Notes under the pieces: model-generated | What the model was told of the DNA's origin: nothing | Database searches by the model: none | The model's input: only the letters and a program-made list of their open reading frames with translations | Part shown: piece by piece, positions 39,604 through 48,994 of the stretch | How the letters are laid out: every line of letters starts with the position of its first letter | How positions within the stretch are numbered: position 1 is the first letter of the stretch | Assembly: GCA_035510335.1 (NCBI GenBank) | Contig: DATKHJ010000057.1 | Span: forward strand, 8,270 to 72,269 | DNA length: 64,000 nt | DNA from: Flavisolibacter sp. | Lineage (GTDB): Bacteria; Bacteroidota; Bacteroidia; Chitinophagales; Chitinophagaceae | Direction: 5' to 3' | Translations under genes and position numbers: made by a program

Positions 39604-40653
39604 CTACGAAAACAAAAGTTGCTGCGGAAACTGTGGGTGTTTTTCTGTAAAAGTGATCACACCTACCGAGTCGTTTGGCTTGGGAGCAATTTTTTTAATG
39701 TTTCGGAAAAAGAAGATGTCAATAAACTTAATCCGGTCCAGGCGCAAACGATGTATGATGAGGTAGATCTTCAGGCTTCTGATCTCGTCGCTGGAATAAA
39801 CGCCTTTGGATTTCATCTTATTTAAAAAATCATCGGCTGTAGCAAAATGGTTGTTGTACATCATTCCCAATACAATCTCGCAGCCCATTGCCCGCAGGCC
39901 GTGACGGTATTCGGTAAGTAAATTTCTTTCCTTGACCCGTTCGCAGGCATACAGATAAACTTCAATGCGGCTTTTCACTTTCGGCAGATCGTGATAGCCA
40001 ATTCTTGAAAGACTGTCGTCTGACCTACGCAGGTACACATCGGGAGGCAGGTCCATGCGTTTGCCGTGCTTAACCGGCCAAAGAAAGCTACGGATGTGCA
40101 GTTCAACATCCTGCCAGATGCGCAAATCTTCGCGCCACATACCAATTTCTACAAATGTTTTTTTCTTCCACAAAGTGCCGGTTCCTTGGCAAACAGGATC
40201 GTTCACTAACATCCGCATCAAATCATCCTGGTCTTTGTCAACGTTCCAAAGCAGGTTCAAATCATCAAGACGTTTGTTAAACAGCAACATTGAAAAGATC
40301 AGAAAGTCTTTGTCGGGCTGCTCTTGCATTGCCTTTACACGCTGCTCCAGACAAAACGGTGCAAGTATATCGTCGGTATCTAAAAAAATAAGGTATTCAC
40401 CGGTGCTTTTTTCAATCGCAATATTGCGACAAACACAAGCACCTTTCGGACCACGGTCCCGTTGAAAAATGCGGATGCGGCTGTCTTTTTTTGCTAAGTC
40501 CTGCAGCACCTCCCAACTGTTGTCGGTACTGCCGTCATCCACAATCATCCACTCCCAATGCGGGTAAGTCTGCGCCAGGATGGACTGGGCCGTTTCTGTA
40601 ACTAGCGTTGCCCGGTTGAAACAAGGCGTTATAATAGATACAACTTCGCTCAC
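39604..40653 (-). CDS. Glycosyltransferase family 2
   Basis: VSIITPCFNR, DDGSTDNS, FLDTDD; GTG start. Confidence 0.9.
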   Translation of the reverse strand: MSEVVSIITPCFNRATLVTETAQSILAQTYPHWEWMIVDDGSTDNSWEVLQDLAKKDSRIRIFQRDRGPKGACVCRNIAIEKSTGEYLIFLDTDDILAPFCLEQRVKAMQEQPDKDFLIFSMLLFNKRLDDLNLLWNVDKDQDDLMRMLVNDPVCQGTGTLWKKKTFVEIGMWREDLRIWQDVELHIRSFLWPVKHGKRMDLPPDVYLRRSDDSLSRIGYHDLPKVKSRIEVYLYACERVKERNLLTEYRHGLRAMGCEIVLGMMYNNHFATADDFLNKMKSKGVYSSDEIRSLKIYLIIHRLRLDRIKFIDIFFFRNIKKIAPKPNDSVGVITFTEKHPQFPQQLLFS

Positions 40654-40708
40654 AATAACATGTTTAAGTGGTTAGGTTAGATTGTTTTCATTGACGGATT
40701 AAAGCCTA

Positions 40709-41434
40709 CTATACCCAAATATTTTCTTTTCTCCAGGCCGCAAATTTATGGGCCGGGATAAAGCCATTGTATTCATACTTGTTTTTGTACCGCTCAAACA
40801 AGTGATAGCTTTCCGGCGGAAACTGCTTAATCAACGTTGCCGGATTACCACCAATTACACAATAGCCTTCTTTAAATGAATTCTTTACCACAGAGCCCGC
40901 CTGAACAATTGTAAAATCGCCAAGCTCAATATTGGGCATGATCACACTGTTCATACCAATCCAGCAGTAATTGCCGATTTTGGTTACGCCATTTCGCGGA
41001 ATGCGAAGGTCATGCAAGTGATGTGTACCGGCCATAATACCTACGTTGGGCCCAATTCCCACATAGTCGCCAATATAAAGATGACCCCTGCCTTGTATGT
41101 AACAACCGGGTGAAAGGCCGGGTGCACTGCCGATACCTACCAGCACGTTTTTAGGCTCTATAACTGTGCTCGTATAATGCATGGGCCAGTAAGCGCCACG
41201 GTTAAATCCAAGTACTTTCTGCATAAACCAAAGTTTGAAATTCACGAAAGCTTCCGTGTCTTTGGTTTTGTAGAAAATCTGCAGAAAAGGAATGTTCTTC
41301 GTCATTGCCAACCAGATGGCATCTCCCCATTTTTGCCGGCGGTAAGTAATTTTTTTCCAGAGGCTGATTTTAACCGGCGGGTAGGGTTGCACTACTGCGT
41401 CTTCTCTCTTTATGTCTGCTTCCATCGTCAACAT
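40709..41434 (-). CDS. Hexapeptide-repeat acyltransferase
   Basis: IGDYVGIGPNVGI, IGNYCWIGMNSVIMP, IGGNPA. Confidence 0.85.
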   Translation of the reverse strand: MLTMEADIKREDAVVQPYPPVKISLWKKITYRRQKWGDAIWLAMTKNIPFLQIFYKTKDTEAFVNFKLWFMQKVLGFNRGAYWPMHYTSTVIEPKNVLVGIGSAPGLSPGCYIQGRGHLYIGDYVGIGPNVGIMAGTHHLHDLRIPRNGVTKIGNYCWIGMNSVIMPNIELGDFTIVQAGSVVKNSFKEGYCVIGGNPATLIKQFPPESYHLFERYKNKYEYNGFIPAHKFAAWRKENIWV

Positions 41435-41676
41435 CAGGCACCTCTTTTTTGTTGAATCATATCAGTAAGATCACCGACATTTTCCAATTTTTTCAAATCC
41501 ATCGAATTGAAGCGGATGCTAAAGTGCTTTTCTACAGCCACAATCATTTCAATGTGCGTTAACGAATCCCACTGTTCAATATCCGTTGCCGTTGTGTTTC
41601 GGCTTAAGGTAATGGTTTCGTCTTCAAAAACCTCTCTAAAAATTATAGCCAGCTCTTCCAATAAATCTTTTCCCAT
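41434..41676 (-). CDS. Acyl carrier protein
   Basis: 80 aa acidic protein with WDSLTH phosphopantetheine site. Confidence 0.9.
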   Translation of the reverse strand: MGKDLLEELAIIFREVFEDETITLSRNTTATDIEQWDSLTHIEMIVAVEKHFSIRFNSMDLKKLENVGDLTDMIQQKRGA

Positions 41677-41679
41677 TTT

Positions 41680-43434
41680 TTATGCAGAAATAACTTCGTT
41701 AGTGTTTTTTGCCGCCGCAAGTTGTACAAATGTTTTCTTATCTGCAAATGAGGCAACATCAAGCAACCAATAATTGCCGTTTAAACGAAAGCCGAGCTTC
41801 GCATAGTGGTCTTTAACCAGCTCATTTTTCGGTGTAGGAATATACTCGCCAACGATTGTCTGGCAATTCAATTTTTTCGCGACAGCAACAATTTGGTTAA
41901 GTACAAAATGCTCCACTCCTCTTTTTAAAACGCGGCAACTCATCATCCAGCTTTCGATAAAAAGTTCGGCACTACTAATCTTTTTCAGCACAATAAAGCT
42001 AATCAAGCCATAATCGCCAAACCGATCTTGCAAGGAAACGACCAATGCTGAATAATTTAAAGATGCTGCGATTGCCTCCAGTTCGGTTTCTGTATAACGA
42101 ACCGTACGCAAATTAAACTGATTCGACCGTTGCGAAAGTTGTGCCGCCCTTGGCAAGCTGAACGAGTTCAATGTGCTTACCGCGGCCGTCATTTGAAGGC
42201 TGTCTAAAAAATCATTTTCGTTCTTGTACACTTGCTGATAACTTACCCGTTCAGCCTCCTGCCTGTAAAGCTGGGTGCGCAAGCTATCTTCTTCTGTGTA
42301 TGAAACTGTTTCGAACAGGTTCAGGGCTTGTAGAAAAGGGAGATAGTCAACAGGGTCTTCTGGCATCTCCGGAACATCAAGTTCAGGGATGGCTTCCTTT
42401 ACCATGTTTCTTTCGAAAGGATTATCATCCACAAACACCATTGCGTCGAAGCCGATATTAAGTGTGTTTTTGATGAAATGAAGATTGTCAACTTTATTGT
42501 TCCAGTTAGCTGCAAAAACGGCAATGTCTTCTAGCTTTAAAATACTGTCCGGATGCTTCTCAAAAACCTCTTTGGCAATGGCTTCGTTGTTCTTGCTGCA
42601 AATGCAAATAATAATACCGCGTTGCTTTAGTTGTTTTATCCATTTTTGAAAGCGGGTAAAAGCTTTACCTATTCCAAAATCACCTAACTGAATTCCCTCT
42701 AAGCCATCATCTCCAATCACTCCACCCCAAAGGGTATTGTCCAGGTCTAATACAAGGCATTTTTTCAGACGACCCTTGCAAGCTTCAATAAGCCCAACCA
42801 TGTTTTTGGCAAGCAGTGGCAGAAACTCCAGGCTCCAGATCAGATCGGCTTTTACAAGGTGCTTCTGGTCAAGCACGTGCTGTAGCCCATGTTCGGTCGT
42901 CAGGCTTTGCACATCGCAAATAAAGAAACCCTGTCTAGCCTGCGCTTCTTCCATCAGCAACAAATTCAACTTGCGCACCTGGTATAAAAACGAATGCGAT
43001 ACATTACTGGCAAAGCTTCCAAATACCTGGTCGTTCAGTTCCTGAAAATTGGTATGGATGAGCGTTGCTTTTGTTGCATTTTGCAGTACGAAGAACATGT
43101 TCTTCAAATGCGCAAACTTCCGTTCTGCAAAGCTGTTTCGGTCCTCAAGGGATGTTACATAAAACTCATCCAACAGCTTGTGGCTGCTTTTTGAAATGAT
43201 GACTGCTTCTTGATTAGTGCTGTAGAGTTCTGAATCGGTATCGAAGACCTGTTGCTCGATTTGGTCATATTCGGCTTCGTAGATCTGAAGACTCAACTGC
43301 CTGTCGATGCCGTAACCTTTCAGGGCAAGGTTTAAGTGCTGCGACGACGAATCGCAGAGCAACGCCAGCCGAATAGTGGTAAAACCTTCGGTGTTTTTCT
43401 TCAGATTGTTTTTTAAGCGGGTAAACTCGAGCAT
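41680..43434 (-). CDS. FkbH-like HAD-IIIC glyceryl transferase/phosphatase
   Basis: LDLDNTLWGGV, CSKN, FVDDNPFER, RSNQFNL, DRFGDYG, MSCRVLKRGVE. Confidence 0.92.
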   Translation of the reverse strand: MLEFTRLKNNLKKNTEGFTTIRLALLCDSSSQHLNLALKGYGIDRQLSLQIYEAEYDQIEQQVFDTDSELYSTNQEAVIISKSSHKLLDEFYVTSLEDRNSFAERKFAHLKNMFFVLQNATKATLIHTNFQELNDQVFGSFASNVSHSFLYQVRKLNLLLMEEAQARQGFFICDVQSLTTEHGLQHVLDQKHLVKADLIWSLEFLPLLAKNMVGLIEACKGRLKKCLVLDLDNTLWGGVIGDDGLEGIQLGDFGIGKAFTRFQKWIKQLKQRGIIICICSKNNEAIAKEVFEKHPDSILKLEDIAVFAANWNNKVDNLHFIKNTLNIGFDAMVFVDDNPFERNMVKEAIPELDVPEMPEDPVDYLPFLQALNLFETVSYTEEDSLRTQLYRQEAERVSYQQVYKNENDFLDSLQMTAAVSTLNSFSLPRAAQLSQRSNQFNLRTVRYTETELEAIAASLNYSALVVSLQDRFGDYGLISFIVLKKISSAELFIESWMMSCRVLKRGVEHFVLNQIVAVAKKLNCQTIVGEYIPTPKNELVKDHYAKLGFRLNGNYWLLDVASFADKKTFVQLAAAKNTNEVISA

Positions 43435-43458
43435 AGATTTTTGCGAAAGCCGCTTTCT

Positions 43459-44745
43459 TTACATGGCAAGTACCTGCCAATCGAGGAACGGGTGAACAAC
43501 GCCTGCAGGACGGTTGGTTGTGGTGATACCTAACTGGTTGAACGAAAGTTCGGAAATAGTGAACGAGACAGGAAGTGTCATTACAATGGCACGCATACGC
43601 GGTACATCAAAATCAATTGTAGCTGTATGAGCGCCGAGGTTCAGCAAACGCGGCGGAATTTTACAAACAGTTCTGTAGTTCCCCGGCTTGCGAACCCGTG
43701 ATTCGGGCTGCGCCAGGAAGTCACTTGATGAAATAATTTCGATGCCATCTGACGTAAAAATGTTTACGGCTACCCGCAGATCTTTAATTTCCTGTTTTAT
43801 CGTGTAGTCTATTTCGATAGACAGCTCATCACCTGTTGTTAAAAGACTGTCGTGGCGGCGCTTACTATCCAGTACTTTAATGGATTTAACCTCCAGTTCA
43901 TCGGTACCAGGTCTTTCTTCTTTTCTCCACTCAATAAAACGTTCAGCTTCGTTGCCGTCAGACAAGTATTGGTCAATAATGTCACCGGTGTGCCCGGTTG
44001 CGATCATTGTTCCGTTTTTCATTAGTGCGGCACTAGAACAAAGGTTTTTAATGGCGGCCATGTTGTGGCTCACGAACAATACGGTTCTTCCTTCTTTCTG
44101 TGTAACATCGCCCATTTTGCCAAGACATTTCCGTTGAAACTCAGCATCACCAACCGCGAGTACTTCATCTACAATCAAAATTTCTGATTCCAGGTGAGCC
44201 GCTACGGCAAAGGCAAGGCGTACATACATACCGGAACTGTATCGTTTTACCGGTGTATCGATGTAGCGTTCTACGCCAGCAAATGCAACAATCTCATCAA
44301 ACTTCCGGCGAATCTCTCTCTTGGTCATACCAAGTATTGCTCCATTGAGGAAGATGTTTTCACGGCCGGTTAATTCCGGGTGAAAACCTGTTCCTACTTC
44401 CAAAAGAGAAGCAATACGGCCGTTAACTTTTATGCTGCCCGTTGTGGGTGCAGTTACCTTTGACAGCAGCTTCAGTAAAGTGGATTTGCCGGCGCCATTC
44501 TTTCCAATGATCCCAACAGCACTTCCTTTTTTAATATCAAGATTAACGTCCTTAAGGGCCCAGACATAATCGCTGCTCCCTTTTTTCGTCCGGTCGTTTG
44601 TTTCGCCTACAACAGCAAAGGGATCTTCTTTACCTCGGATTTTTGCAAACCAACGGTTTAAGTCGTGGCTTAAGGTTCCGGTTCCTACTTCACCCAAGCG
44701 GTAAAGCTTTCCTACGTTTTCAATATGAATGGCGGTCTGATTCAT
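43459..44745 (-). CDS. wzt: Polysaccharide ABC transporter ATPase with C-terminal Wzt_C domain
   Basis: GKNGAGKST, GTGFHPELTGREN, YSSGMYVRLAF, VDEVLAVGD, about 150 aa C-terminal extension. Confidence 0.93.
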   Translation of the reverse strand: MNQTAIHIENVGKLYRLGEVGTGTLSHDLNRWFAKIRGKEDPFAVVGETNDRTKKGSSDYVWALKDVNLDIKKGSAVGIIGKNGAGKSTLLKLLSKVTAPTTGSIKVNGRIASLLEVGTGFHPELTGRENIFLNGAILGMTKREIRRKFDEIVAFAGVERYIDTPVKRYSSGMYVRLAFAVAAHLESEILIVDEVLAVGDAEFQRKCLGKMGDVTQKEGRTVLFVSHNMAAIKNLCSSAALMKNGTMIATGHTGDIIDQYLSDGNEAERFIEWRKEERPGTDELEVKSIKVLDSKRRHDSLLTTGDELSIEIDYTIKQEIKDLRVAVNIFTSDGIEIISSSDFLAQPESRVRKPGNYRTVCKIPPRLLNLGAHTATIDFDVPRMRAIVMTLPVSFTISELSFNQLGITTTNRPAGVVHPFLDWQVLAM

Positions 44746-44767
44746 CTGTTTTTGTTTAGGTTCGGTG

Positions 44768-45955
44768 TTACTTTTTACCAGTTACTGTTTTTACAGCTTT
44801 CCAGAGTGGTTTTAACGGTTTTAAAGCCGGGTAATAATTAAAGAATGAGCCCTCCGTATCAAACTCGCGGTGGTTACGGATAGGCTGCTTCATATAATCG
44901 TCAAATTCTGTTTCAGATAGCCCCAGTTTTTTTAGTACAAATTCCTTGTCAATTTTTAACTGCTGCGGATCATAAGGCGGAAGCTTCATTTCTGCCAATG
45001 CTTCTTCTTTGGTCATCTGACCCGAACAAATAAGCGTTGAAAGATGCGCTTTGCGTTTGTCAACACCAAATTTTTCAGGCAGAATGTAACCCTGGTAGAA
45101 GCGTGTCCAAATACTTTCGTAGTGTTTACCACCGTAATCTTTCCAGTCAAGCTCTTTTTGCAGCAAAGCTTTCACCTCATCTTTTACATAAGGCATCCAG
45201 TTCAGGTAGTTGATGAACTCAACCCCGGATGTAGCAATGAACCGCTTCATTTTCTTGTCAAGAAACGGAAAGGTCTTAAGCTGTTTCTGCCCAAATTGGT
45301 TATGAATTGCCTTTATGTTGATGTAATCTTTTTTATCGTAGGTCCAGTGGTAAGGCAGAATGCCTTCTGTTGATACGTTATGACCGCCCAACACATACTT
45401 GATGTCATTGTCTTTTGCAATCTTAAACATCGTTCCGTAGATGGCATGGTCTGTCAGCACTTCAATGTCAATCACAGACGCTTTCAGGTAAGCGAGTTGC
45501 AAATCTTTGAACTCCTCCCAATCAATCACGTATGTGTTCAGATCGAAACCCAGTTTGTTAACGATGTTATGAATATTCATAACGGCCAGTTCTGAGTTCC
45601 AGCCATTGTCAAAATGCACGCAGAGGGCTCGAAGGCCAAGCTGATGGGCTACATAAGCTACGTAGCTGCTATCAACGCCGCCACTCAAGCCAATCAGGCA
45701 ATCGTATTGCCGGCCCTTGCCGTACGTTTTAAGCTTGGAAACAGTTTCGTTCAATAGCGCCTCTGCTTCTGCTCCTGTGCGCATAAAATAGGTCTTTTCC
45801 TTCTCATACATTTTGCAGTAATAGCAAACACCGTTTTCGTCGAAGGTTAAATTGGCATCATCGTTCGTATCCATGATGCAACGGCTGCATTGAACAACAT
45901 TGTTTGTATGGGAAAGGTTAGCTGCTTTCTGTGAAGCTGTGGGTTCTTTTATCAT
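44768..45955 (-). CDS. N-acetyl sugar amidotransferase (WbuX/WbpG-like), second copy
   Basis: CSRC...CYYC, YDCLIGLSGGVDSS, HFDNGWNSELAV, YGGKHYES. Confidence 0.9.
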   Translation of the reverse strand: MIKEPTASQKAANLSHTNNVVQCSRCIMDTNDDANLTFDENGVCYYCKMYEKEKTYFMRTGAEAEALLNETVSKLKTYGKGRQYDCLIGLSGGVDSSYVAYVAHQLGLRALCVHFDNGWNSELAVMNIHNIVNKLGFDLNTYVIDWEEFKDLQLAYLKASVIDIEVLTDHAIYGTMFKIAKDNDIKYVLGGHNVSTEGILPYHWTYDKKDYINIKAIHNQFGQKQLKTFPFLDKKMKRFIATSGVEFINYLNWMPYVKDEVKALLQKELDWKDYGGKHYESIWTRFYQGYILPEKFGVDKRKAHLSTLICSGQMTKEEALAEMKLPPYDPQQLKIDKEFVLKKLGLSETEFDDYMKQPIRNHREFDTEGSFFNYYPALKPLKPLWKAVKTVTGKK

Positions 45956-45979
45956 GTTAAAACATCAAATAATCAATAA

Positions 45980-46852
45980 CTAATTTAATTTTTGAAGCTT
46001 GGTGAAGATCACCGGTGGCAACCAGCGTTGCAGCCGGTGAAAAACAGGGCGCTGTGTGTCCGGAAGTCTGGATGGAACTTGTGCGATCAGGTCATCAATT
46101 GATTTGCCCTGAATAAATTTTAACCTTCTCCAGTAGTCACGGAAAAACGGATGGAAATCGTAGATGTAATTGTAATTAGCAATGCTTACTGATTTCCAAA
46201 ATTCAAAATATTTGGCTGTATCAAAATCAGCGTTGTGACTCCAATTCCGAAGTTTTTTTGACAGTTCTTCTTCGCTTCTGCCCCAGCTCTGGTGCAGTAC
46301 CATATGATTTAGGGAAACATTTTCAATGGAATGGTTATAACGCCCCTGCTCATAAATGGGATAATTGGTGGCTAATGCAAAGGCCTCGTAAGTATTATCA
46401 ATCAGGAAATAGCCCTCCGAAGTAATCTTGAATATGGTGTACCAGTAAACCCTGATTGAAACTTTTTGGTTTTTGTATTTTTTTTCCGCTTCTTTTAAAT
46501 CCAGAACCAGCGATTTGAAGTCAACAAAATATTCATCGGCATCAACCTGGATATGCCATCCACCCTCCCCCATTTTTTGAGCCAGCATATTTCTTACACG
46601 TATTTCAATTGCCTGCGTTGTCATGCCAGGAACAAAAAATTCATCTTCATACAGGCTAATTTTGCGTTGTGTGTCAAACTCTTTCAGCCAGGTGAAAAAG
46701 GAAGGGTCAACGGTAAACGTTTCTCCCGCAAAAGTTTTGCGGTTTTTGTCCAAGGCAACAGTTATTTTATCTGCATGCGCATAAACAGTCGGCAGGGATT
46801 GTTTTAAATACTTATAATCATAAGCAATCAGGTAGCCCACTTTAATCTCCAT
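45980..46852 (-). CDS. GT-A fold glycosyltransferase-like protein
   Basis: WHIQVDADEYF DxD motif, HQSW; glycan-locus context. Confidence 0.55.
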   Translation of the reverse strand: MEIKVGYLIAYDYKYLKQSLPTVYAHADKITVALDKNRKTFAGETFTVDPSFFTWLKEFDTQRKISLYEDEFFVPGMTTQAIEIRVRNMLAQKMGEGGWHIQVDADEYFVDFKSLVLDLKEAEKKYKNQKVSIRVYWYTIFKITSEGYFLIDNTYEAFALATNYPIYEQGRYNHSIENVSLNHMVLHQSWGRSEEELSKKLRNWSHNADFDTAKYFEFWKSVSIANYNYIYDFHPFFRDYWRRLKFIQGKSIDDLIAQVPSRLPDTQRPVFHRLQRWLPPVIFTKLQKLN

Positions 46853-47898
46853 CAGTAATTATGCTTTTGCAGGTAATTTAATTTCAGACTTTCGGGCCGT
46901 GCACCATATCGATTCGGGTAACGCAACACTTTAAAGAAATAAGGAATTGCCTTCAGCAGTTGAGGGATATCCTCACTGGGTCTTTTCCTTCCAAAAAGCA
47001 CTCTTGCCATTGCCCGGCTGGGTATTTCGAGTAGTATAAAAAAGAAATAGCTAATGTATTGCAGGTAACCCATTTTATACCAGAACAGGTATTGCGATAC
47101 AAAAAACTGCAGGTTCATTTTTTTGTGTACATCGCTTGCGCCATGGTAATGCAACACAGCCGCATTGGGGTAATACACAACGTTGAAATTCCGGAGCCTG
47201 TTTACAAACCATTCAATCTCTTCGTAGTACATAAAAAAGTCCGGATCGAAACCTTTTGAGCTTACATAGACCGATTTTTTTAAGAGCAGGAAAACGCCAA
47301 CCAATGAGCCAATGCGTTTGCCGTTATGGTAGTTGAGAGTTATCTGCTCCGATGAGGCTGTAGTTTGATTAACTGAGACTACTGCCGGTTGTTCTTCCGT
47401 TGTCCTTCCCGATTGTTTTTTATTGATAAGAAAAAGCCTCGCTTCAACGAACAAAGTGTTGCGTTTAACCAGGTATTTTAAGGCCGACAGAAATTGATAT
47501 TCACGTTCATCCTTCACCACGGTTGTTTGCACCGAATTGTTATCAAATAACACTTTGCATCCGAGGATATCGACCTGTGGGTTGGTTTCGAGGTAGCCCA
47601 CTGTCTCGTCGAGGGTGCGTTGGTGCACCAGGGTGTCGGAGTTGAGCAGCAGCACGTACTTTCCGCTTGCTTCCTCCACCCCGCGGTTGTTGGCCCGGCC
47701 AAAGCCCACGTTTTCTTGAAGGGCAATGAGCTTGATATCGGGAAAAACCTCTAAAAACCGCTGCGGCGAACATTCCTTTGAGTTGTTGTCCACCAGAATG
47801 ATCTCATGCTCGACATGGGTGGTTTCCTTAATGGACCGAATGCACTCGCAGGTCAGCTGAAACGTGTTGTAATTGATAATGATGATCGACAGCAGCAT
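46852..47898 (-). CDS. Glycosyltransferase family 2 (WbbL-like)
   Basis: SIIIINYNT, VDNNS, NVGFGRANN, LLNSD, FDPDFFMYYEE. Confidence 0.9.
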   Translation of the reverse strand: MLLSIIIINYNTFQLTCECIRSIKETTHVEHEIILVDNNSKECSPQRFLEVFPDIKLIALQENVGFGRANNRGVEEASGKYVLLLNSDTLVHQRTLDETVGYLETNPQVDILGCKVLFDNNSVQTTVVKDEREYQFLSALKYLVKRNTLFVEARLFLINKKQSGRTTEEQPAVVSVNQTTASSEQITLNYHNGKRIGSLVGVFLLLKKSVYVSSKGFDPDFFMYYEEIEWFVNRLRNFNVVYYPNAAVLHYHGASDVHKKMNLQFFVSQYLFWYKMGYLQYISYFFFILLEIPSRAMARVLFGRKRPSEDIPQLLKAIPYFFKVLRYPNRYGARPESLKLNYLQKHNY

Positions 47899-48964
47899 TC
47901 AAGTCTCCTTACAGTCCTTTCTTTCGCAATGACCGCAGCTTTAGCATCTCCTTTCTTGCACCATAATTATTGGAGTAGCGGGGAATATCAAAAAATACAT
48001 AAGGAAACGCCTTAAACATGGTTGGCACTTCGCTTAACAGGTTTTTATCCCATTTAAAAAGACTAACCAGGGTTTTGCTGGGTATTTCTATAAAATTATA
48101 CAGAATGAACATCAGGTAATGCAACACACTGATCTTGTACCAGAACAGGTATTGCGATACATGGTGTTGCAGATTCATTTTGTTATACACGTTACTTTTT
48201 CCGTAGAAGTGCATGATTGACCCATGCGGATAGTAAACGGCGTTGTATTTTCGAAGGCGTTTTAAGAACCAATTGGTTTCTTCATCGTACATAAAAAAGT
48301 CCGGATCAAAACCTTTTGATTCCAGATACACTGATCGCTTCAGCAGTAAAAAAACACCGTTCAAGGCTCCGATACGCTTGCCGTTGTGATAGTTCGGCGT
48401 AAGCGTAACCGCTGTTTTTATTTCTTCACCGGAGGGTGAAGGTTCTGTTGAATGGCCATTTGCTTTTTGCTTGCGTTTCTGCCAGGCATTGACTCCCATT
48501 CGGATTAATTCTTTCATGATGGAGTTACGCTTGACAAAAAATACGGCGGCCGTTAAAAACCCCAGCTCGCCTTTGTATTCGTAAACAGTGCGTTGGATGG
48601 CACCGCCGTTCGTAAACACTTTGCATCCGAGGATATCGACTTGTGGGTTGGTTTCGAGGTAGCCCACTGTCTCGTCGAGGGTGCGTTGGTGCACCAAGGT
48701 ATCAGAGTTGAGCAGTAACACGTACTTACCACTTGCCTCTTCCACCCCGCGGTTGTTGGCCCGGCCAAAGCCCACGTTTTCCTCAAGGGCAATAAGCTTG
48801 ATGTCGGGAAAAACCTCTAAAAACCGCTGCGGCGAACACTCCTTTGAGTTGTTGTCCACCAGGATGATCTCATGCTCGACATGGGTCGTCTCCTTAATGG
48901 ACCGAATGCACTCGCAGGTCAGCTGAAACGTGTTATAATTAATAATGATAATCGACAGCAGCAT
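47551..48964 (-). repeat. 348-bp direct repeat (47551..47898 and 48617..48964) covering the 5' halves of tandem GT2 genes
   Basis: First 116 aa identical except one Q/E; about 21 nt differences by manual alignment (about 94% identity). Confidence 0.92.
47909..48964 (-). CDS. Glycosyltransferase family 2 (WbbL-like), tandem paralog
   Basis: Same N-terminal motifs, FDPDFFMYDEE. Confidence 0.9.
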   Translation of the reverse strand: MLLSIIIINYNTFQLTCECIRSIKETTHVEHEIILVDNNSKECSPQRFLEVFPDIKLIALEENVGFGRANNRGVEEASGKYVLLLNSDTLVHQRTLDETVGYLETNPQVDILGCKVFTNGGAIQRTVYEYKGELGFLTAAVFFVKRNSIMKELIRMGVNAWQKRKQKANGHSTEPSPSGEEIKTAVTLTPNYHNGKRIGALNGVFLLLKRSVYLESKGFDPDFFMYDEETNWFLKRLRKYNAVYYPHGSIMHFYGKSNVYNKMNLQHHVSQYLFWYKISVLHYLMFILYNFIEIPSKTLVSLFKWDKNLLSEVPTMFKAFPYVFFDIPRYSNNYGARKEMLKLRSLRKKGL

Positions 48965-48994
48965 AACAAGTCTATTGCGTTGGCACTACTGTTC

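Noticed and set aside
40709-43434. Polyketide or NRPS cluster
   Set aside because: No KS, AT, condensation or adenylation domains anywhere in the window
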